From assembly GCA_951406725.2 (NCBI GenBank), contig OX597819.1, forward strand, positions 106,330,001-106,394,000: 64,000 bases of DNA, given 5' to 3'. Origin of the DNA: Octopus vulgaris. Taxonomy: Eukaryota. The notes under the pieces are model-generated. The model saw nothing but the letters and a program-made list of their open reading frames with translations, ran no database searches and had not been told where the DNA came from. The position numbers and the translations under genes were made by a program. Positions 1 to 12,049 of the stretch are shown in pieces (position 1 is the first letter of the stretch; every line of letters begins with the position of its first letter).

Positions 1-549
1 CACATAGCCCCATGTTTGCGATTTCGCTTGTCATCTGACATTGTGGCCTAATGTCATAATGTCATCAGACAAGCTGCAGCTTGTAGCCTTTCATTAGCAA
101 GTGTTTATTCAAGACGCACCAGACTGTCGTTGGAGGAATCTGGGTATTCAGACTTGTTCTTCCTATGGTCTTCTTGGGGTTTCGTAAAAGTTTTTGGTGA
201 ACCTGCCCGATGTCTTCTGATGTTAGTGTTCGCCCAGATCATTTTGCCCTGCACAGTTTCCGCTTTGAATGTTTTGTGCCATGTCCAAATCTGCATTATT
301 GCTGATGACTTTTTAGAGAACTCTACCACAAATCCACGCTGCATTCTTGTTTGAATGTGTTCAACACACAAAACGCCTTTTCTCTCCCAGTGAAAGCCAC
401 TTTTATACCTGAAAAGCTAAACATATGAAACATTAAACGTAAGATTTGGACCTGTTTCTACACATGCTGTTAAAATTTGAAGTCATTTGAACAAGAACTG
501 GCTAAGTGATTAGATTGTGAAATGATATCAATGTTTTTGAAACACCCTA
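1..549 (-). mobile_element. Tc1/mariner-superfamily transposon 5' end (DUF4817-type HTH transposase remnant), runs off the window
   Basis: Minus strand begins TA-TAGGGTGTTTCAAAAAC (Tc1-like terminus in a TA run). From 400 it reads (V)AFTGREKAFCV../..FVVEFSKKSSAIMQIWTWHKTFK, resembling DUF4817 N-termini; frameshifted. Confidence 0.7.
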
Positions 550-553
550 TATA

Positions 554-607
<54 letters not shown>

Positions 608-865
608 CATATAAAACTGTTTATATATTTCATATATATATATATGCATACATACATATATATGCATACATACATATATAAATATATGTATATATAAATA
701 TATATATATATGTATATACATAGTTAGATAAGTAGATACGCAAACATGCGTACGTATGCGTGCATTTATAAAGATTCTTATGTATGTATATGCTATATGA
801 TATATATGTACATATATATATATATATATATATAAATATATATACATATATGTGCGTGTGTGTGC

Positions 866-925
<60 letters not shown>
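549..925. repeat. Interrupted (TA)n microsatellite
   Basis: Directly visible TA and TATG runs. Confidence 0.95.
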
Positions 926-927
<2 letters not shown>

Positions 928-2247
928 CAGTAAATGAATAGTATCTACACATCTATTATCTAATGTTCAAAACTGGAAGAGATACGTAATATTTACTCGA
1001 TAGTTGGTTGCTCTTTCTAAGCGATAAACTAATCAAATACTCGAAGGCCTCACTAGGTCGGCTTCCAGCTGTTTTATGCTTTCACTGTTTACATAGGAGC
1101 TGCTATCAACAAAACTATATCACTCTATTCGTAATCATTGCGCTAGTGATTACTTCTCTTTATACTTTTATTTCCATGAGCCAGAGGTCGAATGCTTATC
1201 TGTCATGCAAGGAAAGAAAATATAAATCAATATCTACGATCGATTTCTTGAATAAAACCAATCAGGTCAGATCGTGCCATTCGCTTATATTATAAGCCTG
1301 TGCATTCCCAAGAAGCGATAATATAAACACAGACTTCGATTAATTGGGGGAAGACATCCCTTGAAGCTAGGTGGCGGAAATATATTCTGTATCTTTTATA
1401 CTGCTATTGTTATTTTTATATTTGCCAGTTTCTTTTCACTATTAATGGTATTGTTACTTTGGATCTTGTTATTGTTTTGTCCCCAGGCAGTACTGATCGA
1501 TGTGTGATCAAAAGTATTCAAGCTATGAACAAACATCTCATCTTATTTTCAGCTGTACTTTATATCAGAAGAGAAATACTCTATATTCACTGTTCACTTT
1601 ACATCCAACGACACACCGTACAAAACTATTTTTTGAGCTCCATCAGGTCCAATTTTATGCACATGTATACATCAGTTTGAAAATATCGCCGGTCACTTTA
1701 TGTCAAGGGAAACGTCAACCTCACTCTATGTGATGTCCCTTTCATTTCCTTCAAAGAACGAGCCCTTTCTCTAGCTCCTACTTATCCTCACCAACCGCTC
1801 CAAACTGTGTGTGTTTATTCGTTCTGTTTTCATAAACACATAGTGACATCACTGAACGCGAGTATTACCGTCCACTAACATGAACATGATAGTGGCAACC
1901 TTTAACTTTAAGTGTTACCACATCTTTAATCGCCTTCGCAGCCTCTTTAATGATCAGAAGATCTGCTTTCTTTAATCACATCTGCTGAAAATCTAATCTT
2001 CTATATCATTCCCAATGGGGAACTAACTTTTGATGTCTTTGACAGCAGCAAGGCATTAAATCAAGACTGGAATCCGAAGCTGAAGTCAAAGTTGTTCACC
2101 TGTGGGTTTCAACATTTTCTCGACTGTTGGGTCAGTGGTTTTCTATCAGAGTACGCTATCACAGTTTGTACGCATGAAACATTTTCTGATCCGAATTTTG
2201 TCAACTCTGGCGCCCCGGATTATCGTCGTCGCACAAGTATATATATA

Positions 2248-4557
2248 TTTCATTTCATTTCATTTGAGTTTGAGTCCATGCTCAGGCCAAGTCGAAGACT
2301 CCACCCTTAGGGTCTGGTGTGGTTGCCAGGTTGTATTCTCTGTTTAATTTTGACATGTGTAGGAGCGAGTTTGAGTCAGTTTGTGCTCGTTGTGTATATC
2401 CTGGGAGATGGGGTTCATCTCTAATGGTGCTTAAGTATCTATCCAGCTGCAATTTGAATGATTCCACACTGCATCCTGATAGATTTCTGACATGTACCGG
2501 AATGGAGTTGAATAGTTGTGCTCCTCGAACCAACAGACTTGACTCTCGCAGGGTTTTTGCTGCCTGGCCAGCCTTTTTGTTGATTGGTGGTAGCTGGCAG
2601 CGTCTTCCGTGGCGCAGTGAGTGGTAGGTTTTGATACCAAAGTTTGGCACCTTTTGCTCTATCATTTTCCAAATGTATATAATTCGGTATCGCTCAAATC
2701 GTCTTTCTATTGAGTACATCTTCAAGGTTTTGAGTCTTTTCCAATAGTCCAGGTCCCTCGTTTCTGAGAAGTATGAGGTAAAATTTCTTTGGAGCAATTC
2801 CATCTTAGATAGTTGACCCCTTGTTGTTGGTGACCAAAACTGAGAACTGTAGTCAATCCTCGGAAGTATCATACTGTTCCAGAGGGTTTTCATTGTTGAG
2901 GTATCTCTTGATTTGAAGGTGCGCAAGATCCACCCGCTGTACTTTCTTGCAGTAAGACAGACTGAGTCAGGGTGTTCTCTGAATTTTAGGCTGGTTCCCA
3001 TGTGGATGCCTAAATCTTTCACATACTGTTTTTCCATTATTTGTTGTCCTGATGGGTTTCTGTAGTTTGTTGTATTTTTCAGATCTTGATCTGTTCCGTA
3101 GCGAATTAGTTCAAACTTCTTATCATTGAACAACGTGTTGTTTGTTTCCTGCCATTTATATATGGTGGTCAGGTCCTTTTGTAAGGCCTCTGTATCCACC
3201 TCGTCTTTGATTTGTCTTATGAACCTGGTGTCATCAGCAAAGGATGAGACATTGCTGGTTGTATCTTCATCTATGTCAGAGATGAGGATGAGAAACAGGA
3301 TTGGGCCGAGTACTGTACCCTGAGGAACACTGCTGGTCACAGGTGATGGTGTTGAATGGGTTCCATTCACAGTGACTGTTTGAGTTCTATTTGTAAGGAA
3401 CTCATGTATCCATGTACCAACTTTTCCTCCTACACCTAGCTTTCGAAGTTTGTGACCCAGGATGCCATGATCTACCTTATCAAATGCCTTGGCAAAGTCG
3501 AGGTAAATAACATCTGTGTTGTATCCATTCTCTAGACTTTCTAGGATTTGGTCATGGTGTGCCAGTAGTTGGGAAAGACATGATCTACCTAACCTGAATC
3601 CATGCTGGTTGCAATTCATCAGATTGTTGGATTCCAGGAACTCAACCAGTTTTCCACGAACTATTCTTTCGAAGACCTTGATAATGTGTGATGTCAGTGA
3701 GATTGGTCGGTAGTTCTTTGGTTTTGATTTGCTGTCCCCTTTATGTATTGGAGTTATGTGTGCTTCTTTATATGTATTTGGTATTTTGCCATTCTCCATA
3801 GATTCCCTCCATATCATGTAAAGGGGTTTCAACAATTGTACCTTGCAGTTTTTAAGTATCATGGCATTGAAACCGTCAGGCCCCGCAGCCGAGTGCATGG
3901 AGAGCTTGTCTATGGCTCTTTCTATGTCTTCTGGGTTGAAATTAATGTCGGATAGGGTAGGTGTAGTATGGTCGATATCCTTGAAGAATTTTCCTGGGTC
4001 ATGGATCTTCATGGTTTTAGATGGCTCACTGAAGACACTTTCATACTGTTGACCCAACATTTCTGCCATTTCAATAGGGTTATTCACTACATCCTCATTT
4101 TGTCTCTGGAGAGGTCCTATTGTTGACTTGGTATTCGAGTATTTCTTTGCAAAACTGTAGAAACATTTTGGATTTTTCTTGATGTTTTCTATGGCTCTCT
4201 TTTCTGCATTGTTACGTTCTTCATCATAGTGTTGTTTTAGATTGTCTTCTAATCTGTATATTTGGTCAAGGACTTTCTGTAATTCATGTTTTGATGTCAG
4301 CTTAGATGTTTTGTTTCTTAGTCTTGACCTTTTGCGCATCAGGATCTTTCGCTCCCGTGGTACAGGTTTTTTTGTGGATTTGGTTTTCTTAAGAGGAATA
4401 TTTTTTGCACATATTTCTTCGATCTTATTTAAGAATTTCTTGTGTTTATCTGGCCCAGTAAGGTAGAGATCCCAGTCAATGATTTGTAACTGGTTGTTAA
4501 TAGTTTCCCAATTTGCCTGGTGATAATCATACCTGCATATCTTTGGCATGTCCTTAA
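2248..4557 (-). mobile_element. 5'-truncated CR1/L2-group LINE inserted in a (TA)n run
   Basis: RT ORF followed by a very short 3' UTR and a (TGAAA)n-like tail (2248-2265). ATATATATAT lies on both flanks (possible TSD). No APE endonuclease or ORF1. Confidence 0.9.
2282..4549 (-). CDS. Non-LTR retrotransposon reverse transcriptase (ORF2 lacking endonuclease), 755 aa, uninterrupted
   Basis: Motifs GPDG, NYRPISLTS, QHGFR.GRSC, YLDFAKAFDKV, VPQGTVLGP.LF, FADD, KDLG, DYSSQFWSP; CR1-like linker NPKCFYSF..TIGPL. Confidence 0.92.
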   Translation of the reverse strand: MPKICRYDYHQANWETINNQLQIIDWDLYLTGPDKHKKFLNKIEEICAKNIPLKKTKSTKKPVPRERKILMRKRSRLRNKTSKLTSKHELQKVLDQIYRLEDNLKQHYDEERNNAEKRAIENIKKNPKCFYSFAKKYSNTKSTIGPLQRQNEDVVNNPIEMAEMLGQQYESVFSEPSKTMKIHDPGKFFKDIDHTTPTLSDINFNPEDIERAIDKLSMHSAAGPDGFNAMILKNCKVQLLKPLYMIWRESMENGKIPNTYKEAHITPIHKGDSKSKPKNYRPISLTSHIIKVFERIVRGKLVEFLESNNLMNCNQHGFRLGRSCLSQLLAHHDQILESLENGYNTDVIYLDFAKAFDKVDHGILGHKLRKLGVGGKVGTWIHEFLTNRTQTVTVNGTHSTPSPVTSSVPQGTVLGPILFLILISDIDEDTTSNVSSFADDTRFIRQIKDEVDTEALQKDLTTIYKWQETNNTLFNDKKFELIRYGTDQDLKNTTNYRNPSGQQIMEKQYVKDLGIHMGTSLKFREHPDSVCLTARKYSGWILRTFKSRDTSTMKTLWNSMILPRIDYSSQFWSPTTRGQLSKMELLQRNFTSYFSETRDLDYWKRLKTLKMYSIERRFERYRIIYIWKMIEQKVPNFGIKTYHSLRHGRRCQLPPINKKAGQAAKTLRESSLLVRGAQLFNSIPVHVRNLSGCSVESFKLQLDRYLSTIRDEPHLPGYTQRAQTDSNSLLHMSKLNREYNLATTPDPKGGVFDLA

Positions 4558-4567
4558 ATATATATAT

Positions 4568-4827
4568 GAAAAAACAAGTCAGGATAGAAAATGCTAAAAT
4601 AATTCTATAAAGACCATTTCAGTACCGGTTTCAATCATTGAGACCTTTTCAACTGTAACAATTAAATAATTAAATTTAGAAAAATTAAAAGAAAAGTTTT
4701 TTTAAAAGAATATTTGTATAGTGTTCAAATATAAGTGGCATTTTCCTTGTTTCTGTTTTTCTCTGTCTCTCTTGTTTACTCTTGTCGGTTCGAGGTCGAA
4801 CCCACAAGAGTAAACAAGAATGACAGA

Positions 4828-4830
<3 letters not shown>
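4568..4830 (-). mobile_element. TA-flanked Penelope pLTR-like element with 5' fold-back and degenerate hammerhead
   Basis: (TA)n on both sides; hairpin at 4759-4830; hammerhead-like motif at 4620-4655. Confidence 0.55.
4620..4655 (-). ncRNA. Degenerate minimal type I hammerhead ribozyme motif
   Basis: CAG-TTGAAAA-GGTC(TCAAT)GATT-GAAA-CCGG-TA-CTG: stem I CAG/CTG, palindromic CCGG loop III; the core differs from CUGANGA at 2 positions. Confidence 0.5.
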
Positions 4831-4909
<79 letters not shown>

Positions 4910-5209
4910 CTATATACATACATACTTGCATAAATGAAAAGTGTATAATTGTGAAATCACAATTATAACGGAGAGGGTTGCAAAAACCCTTACATATCTA
5001 GAAATAGCAGTCAAACAGCTATAAAGCCACTATAACCATTCATATTATATCTCTTCACAATAAAAGCTGTCGGCGGCCCACATGACATAAAATAGAAACC
5101 TTGAATAAAAATATAATGTTAGTCCTCTTTTGCAATTTCGAAGTTAGGGACCAAAAAGGTTCCACTCTTCTCATCGGGAGAACATCAGCAGAATATAATG
5201 GTTTATAGA

Positions 5210-6000
5210 CAAGGACATTTCTCTCAGACTTTTCTCTTTATCTTCAAATCACAAAAATATTAAACGAAATTGCAACTGCATACAATGAAGCACTCAATGT
5301 CAGCGGTTACGAGCAAAGAGTGCAATATATAAACAAGAAAACTAGCAAAATAATTAGTTGTTGGTAAGCTCTTCTTCTTTTTGGTCTTTTTTTGAGTCTT
5401 TTAATAACATTTTCAGAATTTTGTATTAATGTTTTCAGGTAATACTTTTTGGAAGGTACCTGTAATGTCTTTCATAGAATACACACATATTCTCGTGAAC
5501 AACAGAGCACAAGGTCAGTTAATTGCTATTCTAAAATCATCATGACATGCCCGACAACTAAACTCCACCTCCCAAACAAAACAGGAAATACCCTAAAAGC
5601 AACTTATAAAAGAAGAAAAGCAACTTATAATTTAAAACATACCTATCTATACATTTTGTGAGCCCATAAAAAGTTCCATTACAAAAAAGTTGACACACCT
5701 AATTACTACATTCTTAAATAATGGACTAAATTTTGAAACTTTGTCGAAGTAAAAGAATACATCCAATAAATCCAAAGGTATCTGGTGCTACTAGCAAATC
5801 TTACACCTACTTACCAAAGGGAACACATGTAAATGTCCATATATAACTCCAAATTTAATCAATAAGGATTTCTTCAATAAGTACTCACGCGACAACGTAA
5901 TTACACTCCACTCAAATCCACTTAGCTGAGGAAATTTTAACTCAGCAGATACTATGTGAAGCCAAGATTAACTTCAACGCACCGAAGACTGACGATCATA
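5210..6000 (+). mobile_element. Penelope-like element remnant (RT C-terminal linker, possibly decayed GIY-YIG region)
   Basis: Frameshifted translation KDISLRLFSLSSNHK / ILNEIATAYNEALNVSGYEQRVQY resembles the PLE I..R.S.LSS....F......Y..AL..SGY motif. The downstream part is only weakly recognisable. Confidence 0.55.
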
Positions 6001-6310
6001 TACATATGATTGTGTATGTGTTCGTATGTGTGTGTGTGTGAGTGTGTATGAGTGAGTGAGTGAGTGTGTGTGTTTGTGTGTGCGTGTGTACGTATGTTTG
6101 AAATTATTCAGTTTTTGTTTATTTTCTATTTACATGTGGATATGAATGCATATTTTGTATCTATAACCAAAGCGGTTTTATTTGATTATATGCATCATTA
6201 ACTCCAAATCAGCTTACCTGAATTTCTCTAATAGCCACCATTTGCTTTACAGACTTAGTCCTCGGTAAAGATTCGGGAGAATAAGCTCCAGTCATTCGAG
6301 CGTTACCACG

Positions 6311-6347
6311 TGTTTGCTACATTGAACATCTCTACGTTGACTCTGTT

Positions 6348-6379
<32 letters not shown>

Positions 6380-6515
6380 TGTATGTATGTATGTATGTAT
6401 GTATGTATGTATGTATGTATGTATGTATGTTTGTATGTATGTATGTATGTATGTATATATTCATGCGTAATATATACATGTTTGCTACATTGAACATCTC
6501 TACTTTGATTCTGTT

Positions 6516-6547
<32 letters not shown>

Positions 6548-6687
6548 TGTATGTATGTATGTATGTATGTATGTATGTATGTATGTATGTATGTATGTAT
6601 GTTTGTATGTATGTATGTATGTATGTATATATTCATGCGTAATATATACATGTTTGCTACATTGAACATCTCTACTTTGATTCTGTT

Positions 6688-6719
<32 letters not shown>

Positions 6720-6948
6720 TGTATGTATGTATGCATGTATGCATGTATGTATGTATGTATGTATGTATGTTTGTATGTATGTATGTATATATTCATGCGT
6801 AAGTACGTACGTATGTATACATGTATATATGTATGTATGTATATATTCATGCGTAAGTACGTACGCATGTATACATGTATGTATGTAAGTATATATTCAT
6901 GCGTAAGTAGGTACGTATGTATACATGTATGTATGTATGTATGTATGT
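6311..6948. repeat. Compound minisatellite: 3 units of ~170 bp containing (TATG)n, then 3 shortened units
   Basis: TGTTTGCTACATTGAACATCTCTAC recurs at ~6311, 6479 and 6651; ATATTCATGCGTAA recurs 5 times. Confidence 0.9.
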
Positions 6949-7668
6949 AAATAAACGCTTGAACAGTACTTAAATATTTATAATTTTCGCAAAATATTTT
7001 ATGATATATTCATAATAGACCGCCTCCCTTTCCAGCTTTTCAAAGGAAGGCAATAGATATTCCTAAATTTCAACGTTTATGGCAACAATCATTTCAATGT
7101 CTATGAAAAATTATCTATTATACATTTGCGTATGTACACATGTGCATCACAGAAGTTTCTGTGCAGTAATTACCTATAAAATCATATAGTTTCACATGCA
7201 TATATATGCAGCATAATATTAAAGGAACTTGAACCTGATGCTTGCTTTGTTAATTTGTTAAGCACATAGCTCTCTTTGTACAAGAATATATGCTGCTTCT
7301 CAATTTTATGCTGACCTTTAAGTGTATTACAAATTATCGCACGATATTATAATTTTGTTGAGTAGAATATTGTGTTTTTCAACTTTGATGTTATGAGAAA
7401 ATTATATATTTCGTATATTGCGTGAATTACGTTATATTGCTGTAGGTTATTCCTTAACTAGAGTTTGTCGTTTTCAAATGTCATTTCGCTTGCTGAAACT
7501 GGTTGTAAGTTTCCACCTAAGGGATTGATTCCGTTTAGCTTTATTCTTGTTATTAAATTTATTAAATTTATTGATAATATTTTATATCTGTATAAAAAAT
7601 GTCTTTTACTGAATCCCAAGTTCATCTAACGTTACAAGCAATATTTGATCAATGTATTTTTATGCTAT

Positions 7669-7714
<46 letters not shown>

Positions 7715-7783
7715 ATGTATGTATATATATATATTGTGTGTATGTATATATGCATGTATATATATATATACACACACACAAAC

Positions 7784-7831
<48 letters not shown>

Positions 7832-9090
7832 ATATATATATATATGTATCTATGTATGTTTTACCCAGTATATTTGAAGGTCGTATAAACCTAGCAGTTA
7901 GTTTTACTAAAAAATATCGCAAGTACTCAGGGAAGCTAGAATTACAATATTATATACAAGCTTTCTAAAAAGTGAACGCCTCTGAACTAACGTTAGAATA
8001 TCTACCTCGACGTGCAATCTTCTGGAACGAGAGGCTACATCTTTCGTAAATCATGACCTATAGTCTTATGCGAGAAAAATTTACATATGTCTAATTGCAT
8101 ACATACATGCACAAATACCTACATACATGTAACCCATACATCACACACACACACACAATATTGTTGAAGACGTAGTAAGGCAGTTTAAAAGCTGACGAAT
8201 GGATTATTTGGTCAAGCTACAATATTCCATTAAGAGATTGTTTTGTGACGTAACAAAGTAAATTCGGTTATGCAAGATTTGCCAAATTTAGAAGATTATG
8301 TACTACATTACAATAACATACGCTCTCAAAGCATCGGGCAACCACATGCAGGTCAATATTTCATATGTGGTCGGACTAGCTGGAGAAATTGTGGCGAATA
8401 ACAAATGGCTATTTGATACTTGACTATATACTATGAAATAAGTAAGTCTGCAAAGGTAGTGGGTATGAAAGGATAATGGTAGTTCTATGAAAGAAGGTAC
8501 AAGTCTATATAAGAAAAATGATTAGATTGCCAAAATGTCTCTGATCACAAGCTTTCCAATGGGCTATCCTGGAGTTAAAAAAGAATAAGTACAACAAATA
8601 TATTCCGCCCTAACTCATTGCCTGAGGTAAGAAAGCAATATATTATCATATATTGTTGCATCTTGGAAGGGTCATTATATCTATAAAAACATACGCTCTG
8701 GTCATGATTCACTTCATTTAATATCATTATTAACGTTTGTCACGTAGTTAAACGAGTAACCAATCGATTGCTTGAAATTTATCAAACAAATAACATTGAA
8801 GTCTGATTTATTATACACAATAAACATAATCATTGCACACCAAAGTTATAAGTGATTGCTATGATTAACTAAACGAATGTTACAATTGGTAAACGTTATA
8901 GAAAGCAAGAGAATATAAAGTAAAACAATGTAAATATTATAGTGATCAATCAATGTGATTCAATTATAACATATACAAGTTGCAGAAAATTACATTCATT
9001 CATAATTCATTCAAAATATGATATCTAATACAATTTAAACAGTTAAAAGTTTATATGTATATATAAATTGTATATTTATATATATATATA

Positions 9091-9309
9091 GACATTCAAA
9101 ATGTGACCGCGTGTGTACCGTTGGCGATTTTTTTCCTCCGCCTTCCCTTCTTTGGATCTTTCCTTTTCCTATGTTTCTGAAGAAGAGCTCCGCTCGAAAC
9201 GTTAAACCCTCCTTCTTTCCTTCTTTCCTGAGCGTCCAATAATACTATACTTGTTCCACGTCCTTGCGTTGTAGTGTTTTCTCTTTGTGTTTTCATGTTT
9301 GGATTAACT
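9091..9309 (+). mobile_element. ~220 bp TA-flanked pLTR-like element with minimal hammerhead
   Basis: Bounded by (TA)n; ends ...AAC|TATA. Shares TGACCGC, GAGCGTC-AA-TAATAC and the hammerhead with 36767-36950. Confidence 0.65.
9173..9207 (+). ncRNA. Minimal type I hammerhead ribozyme motif
   Basis: GTTT-CTGAAGA-A-GAGC(TCC)GCTC-GAAA-CG-TT-AAAC: intact CUGANGA and GAAA, stem I GTTT/AAAC, palindromic AACGTT at stem III. Confidence 0.65.
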
Positions 9310-10134
9310 ATATATATATATATAATATGTTGCGCTACATGATTCATTAAACAATATATCGTTCCAGTAATATGGATGCGAACCACATACACGATCATAT
9401 ACATCTATTGTAGATTTAGTTGGGCTGCAATACAGTAGGATCTTAATTAAGTAGGCCAGTTGTAAAACACATGTCATCTATAAACCAGTACTTTGTCACT
9501 CAACCTGTTTGAAATAAATAAATCTTATACAAATCGCACTCAGATAATATATCAAATGAAAACCTCATTGCGTCGAAATAAAAAGAGAAAGGAAACACTT
9601 TAAGTTATAATGTTTCTGTTCTATCTGGACAGGCATGGAGAAAACGGCAACAGCTAAAGCAATGCTAAAATACCTCATGCACTGTCACTAACAATGATTA
9701 ACTAGCTGGTCTCTTTTAACAGCTTTACCCCGTTTGAAATTTGCCTTATTTTTTGTATGAAAGAAAAACGGAGGGAGTGGGGCTTGTTTGTAGTTCATAG
9801 AAAAGACTTTATACCTGAAGAAAAAAAGATATGGTCTTTCTCCCTCAAATAAATGACATGAAGATCTATGATAGACAGCAAATAAGCATCGGGAGTGGGA
9901 GAAAGAAGAGAGAACTAACCATCGATCTTTCTAGAACTCCCGGAATAAAAATGTAAACACCTGAAAGACTTTTCCTCTATTCATTGCTAAATGTCTTTCC
10001 ATTCTTCTTCATTGTTAGAAGCAAAGAAGCTAGAAAAGATCGTTCGTATTTCAGTCTAATCGTCATTGTAAATGACTAAGGTTTTCCTTTCCCAGTCTCT
10101 ATCGCTTCACTCCTTTACTCTACAGTTAAGAGAG

Positions 10135-10460
10135 TGAAGGTGCGTGGCTCGGTTGTTGGGGGTATGCGGCCCACGATTTTAAAGTCATGAGTACGATTCT
10201 CGGCCGCGCGCTGTGTTTTTGAGCATGATACCCTACTTCACGTTGCTGCAGTCCGCTCAGCTGGCAAAACTGAGTTGTAGCTGTAATTGAAAGTGGTCAG
10301 CTTTTTCACATTCTGTGTGAAGTTGAATATCCCTGAGAACTCATTTATGGTATGCATGTCCACGGAGTACTTAGCTACTTGCGCGTTGATTTACGAGCAG
10401 ACTGTTCGTTGATCAGACAAACTGAAACCTCATAGTCGTAACCGACGGAGTGCCATTTTT
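10135..10460 (+). mobile_element. tRNA-derived SINE (CORE-like centre, tail type 1), diverged
   Basis: Degenerate A/B-box head, GTGTTTTTGAGCATGATAC centre and CAGTCCGCTCAGCTGGCAAAA; homologous to 37797-38060 and to the head of 48720-49230. Confidence 0.75.
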
Positions 10461-10753
10461 TAAAGACTGAAATGTTCCATATCGTAAGGCAAAAATGTCA
10501 AGTGTTTAGTATATGCAGTGAAAGCTAAGACGAAATAATTGCCATTCTGTCGTGTATTCGCCCACGACTCACGCTCAGTTGATAACAATAGCCTACGCAT
10601 CAGTGTTTGCCAGGGGACTTGACTTCCATATCTGTGAGATCCACAAATGCCGCTGTTAGGACCGGATTAACACTCATAGTGACACTAACGGTTTTCCCTG
10701 CACTTATGTAGGATCGTTTTTCGTTTTCGTCTAACCAATTGAAGGTTTATCTA

Positions 10754-10910
10754 GCTCCAGACCACTCAGCTGTCCAAAATGAGTTGTAGCTGTAATTCAA
10801 AAGGGCCAGGCTTGTCATATTCTGTGTGAGGCTGAATCTCCCTGAGAACTACATTAATGATATGTATGTCTGTGGAGTGCTCAGTCACTTGCAAGTTAAT
10901 TTTATTCTCG
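10754..10910 (+). mobile_element. 5'-truncated copy of the same SINE
   Basis: CACTCAGCTG..AAAATGAGTTGTAGCTGTAATT..CCCTGAGAACT matches 10250-10390. Confidence 0.75.
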
Positions 10911-12049
10911 CGTGGTAATGAAAAGTGAAAGTGACATCCAATATTTGCTGCGTCTATGTATCTCTGTATCAACATTTCTTTGGTTCTATATATCTACTGT
11001 CTCTCTCACTTCCTCCCTCTCTTTCGCTTCCTTTGTCTCCCTCCTTTCTCCCGTCTTTAACTTAACAATGTGTGTTTATGTATCTATGTATCTACTTTTC
11101 TTACGATAAAATAAACATTTAAAAGCACAAAATGAACGCCGTCACTACACATTGTCTCTTTCACCTTTTCACTCTCCCTCATTCTCTCTCAGTCTCTCTT
11201 TTTCTCTCTGTCATCCTCTCTCTCGCTTTGCCACTCTCTTTTTGAAGTAAGTTTGACACCGACGCCAGGTACGGACAAAAAGAATAAATTGACATATCAA
11301 TATTATTGAATAAAGTATTCTTCTAAAACCGCAGTAAAACGTATTTATCATTAAAGGAGTTAGATTAGAAGAATCGTTAGAGCATCTGATTGAATATCTT
11401 GCAAATTTTGTTCAAACTGTTTAGATTTTATATTTGCTCAAATTCAAACGAAGTGAACTTTAGCCATCATTCCTTTTGTGGTCGATAAAGTAAAGCACAA
11501 TTCACGCATTGGGGGCTCTGTAACCAACAATCCCTCCATATTGTTACTTTGTAACTAAAGAATTGGTATAGTTTGAATGAAATTTCTGACTTGACAGAAT
11601 ATCAAGTTAAGTCGACACAACGAAGAATATGTCCATTTAGCGGAACAATCGAAGAAAATAAAACGAGGCCTTTTATAAGTTCCCTGATTTGATTTTATAG
11701 AAGTTAAATCTTTCTTAAATCACAATTTACCATCTTAAAATTGTCATAAAATCATTGCGCACTGTTGCTCTAGTTACTCTGTGTTATACAAAGTATGGTT
11801 AAATCACAGAACAGCATTGGTTTTAGATTTACTACACGACTTTCGACCTGGGGCGAAACAACAACAAAGTCGAGTCGTCTAGTTGCGCCCGTGTCAGCTA
11901 CAATATTACTCTTTGCCTCATACGGTCAACTGTATTTATATACATCAGCGAAAACTTTAAATTGTTTCTAGTCCTGAATAGAATTCAAAATCTTTCCTAT
12001 CCCCCTGTTGTGTTATGAAAGGAAGGGTAAAAGGATAAATTCGGTCATG

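Noticed and set aside
6311-6948. Repeat-spacer appearance suggestive of CRISPR
   Set aside because: The 'spacers' are (TATG)n, the context is eukaryotic, and there are no cas genes.
8340-8700. Possible exon (GAG|GTAAG donor ~8625) or RTE endonuclease relic
   Set aside because: No sustained open frame; similarity to RTE APE (AGEIV) is too faint to call.
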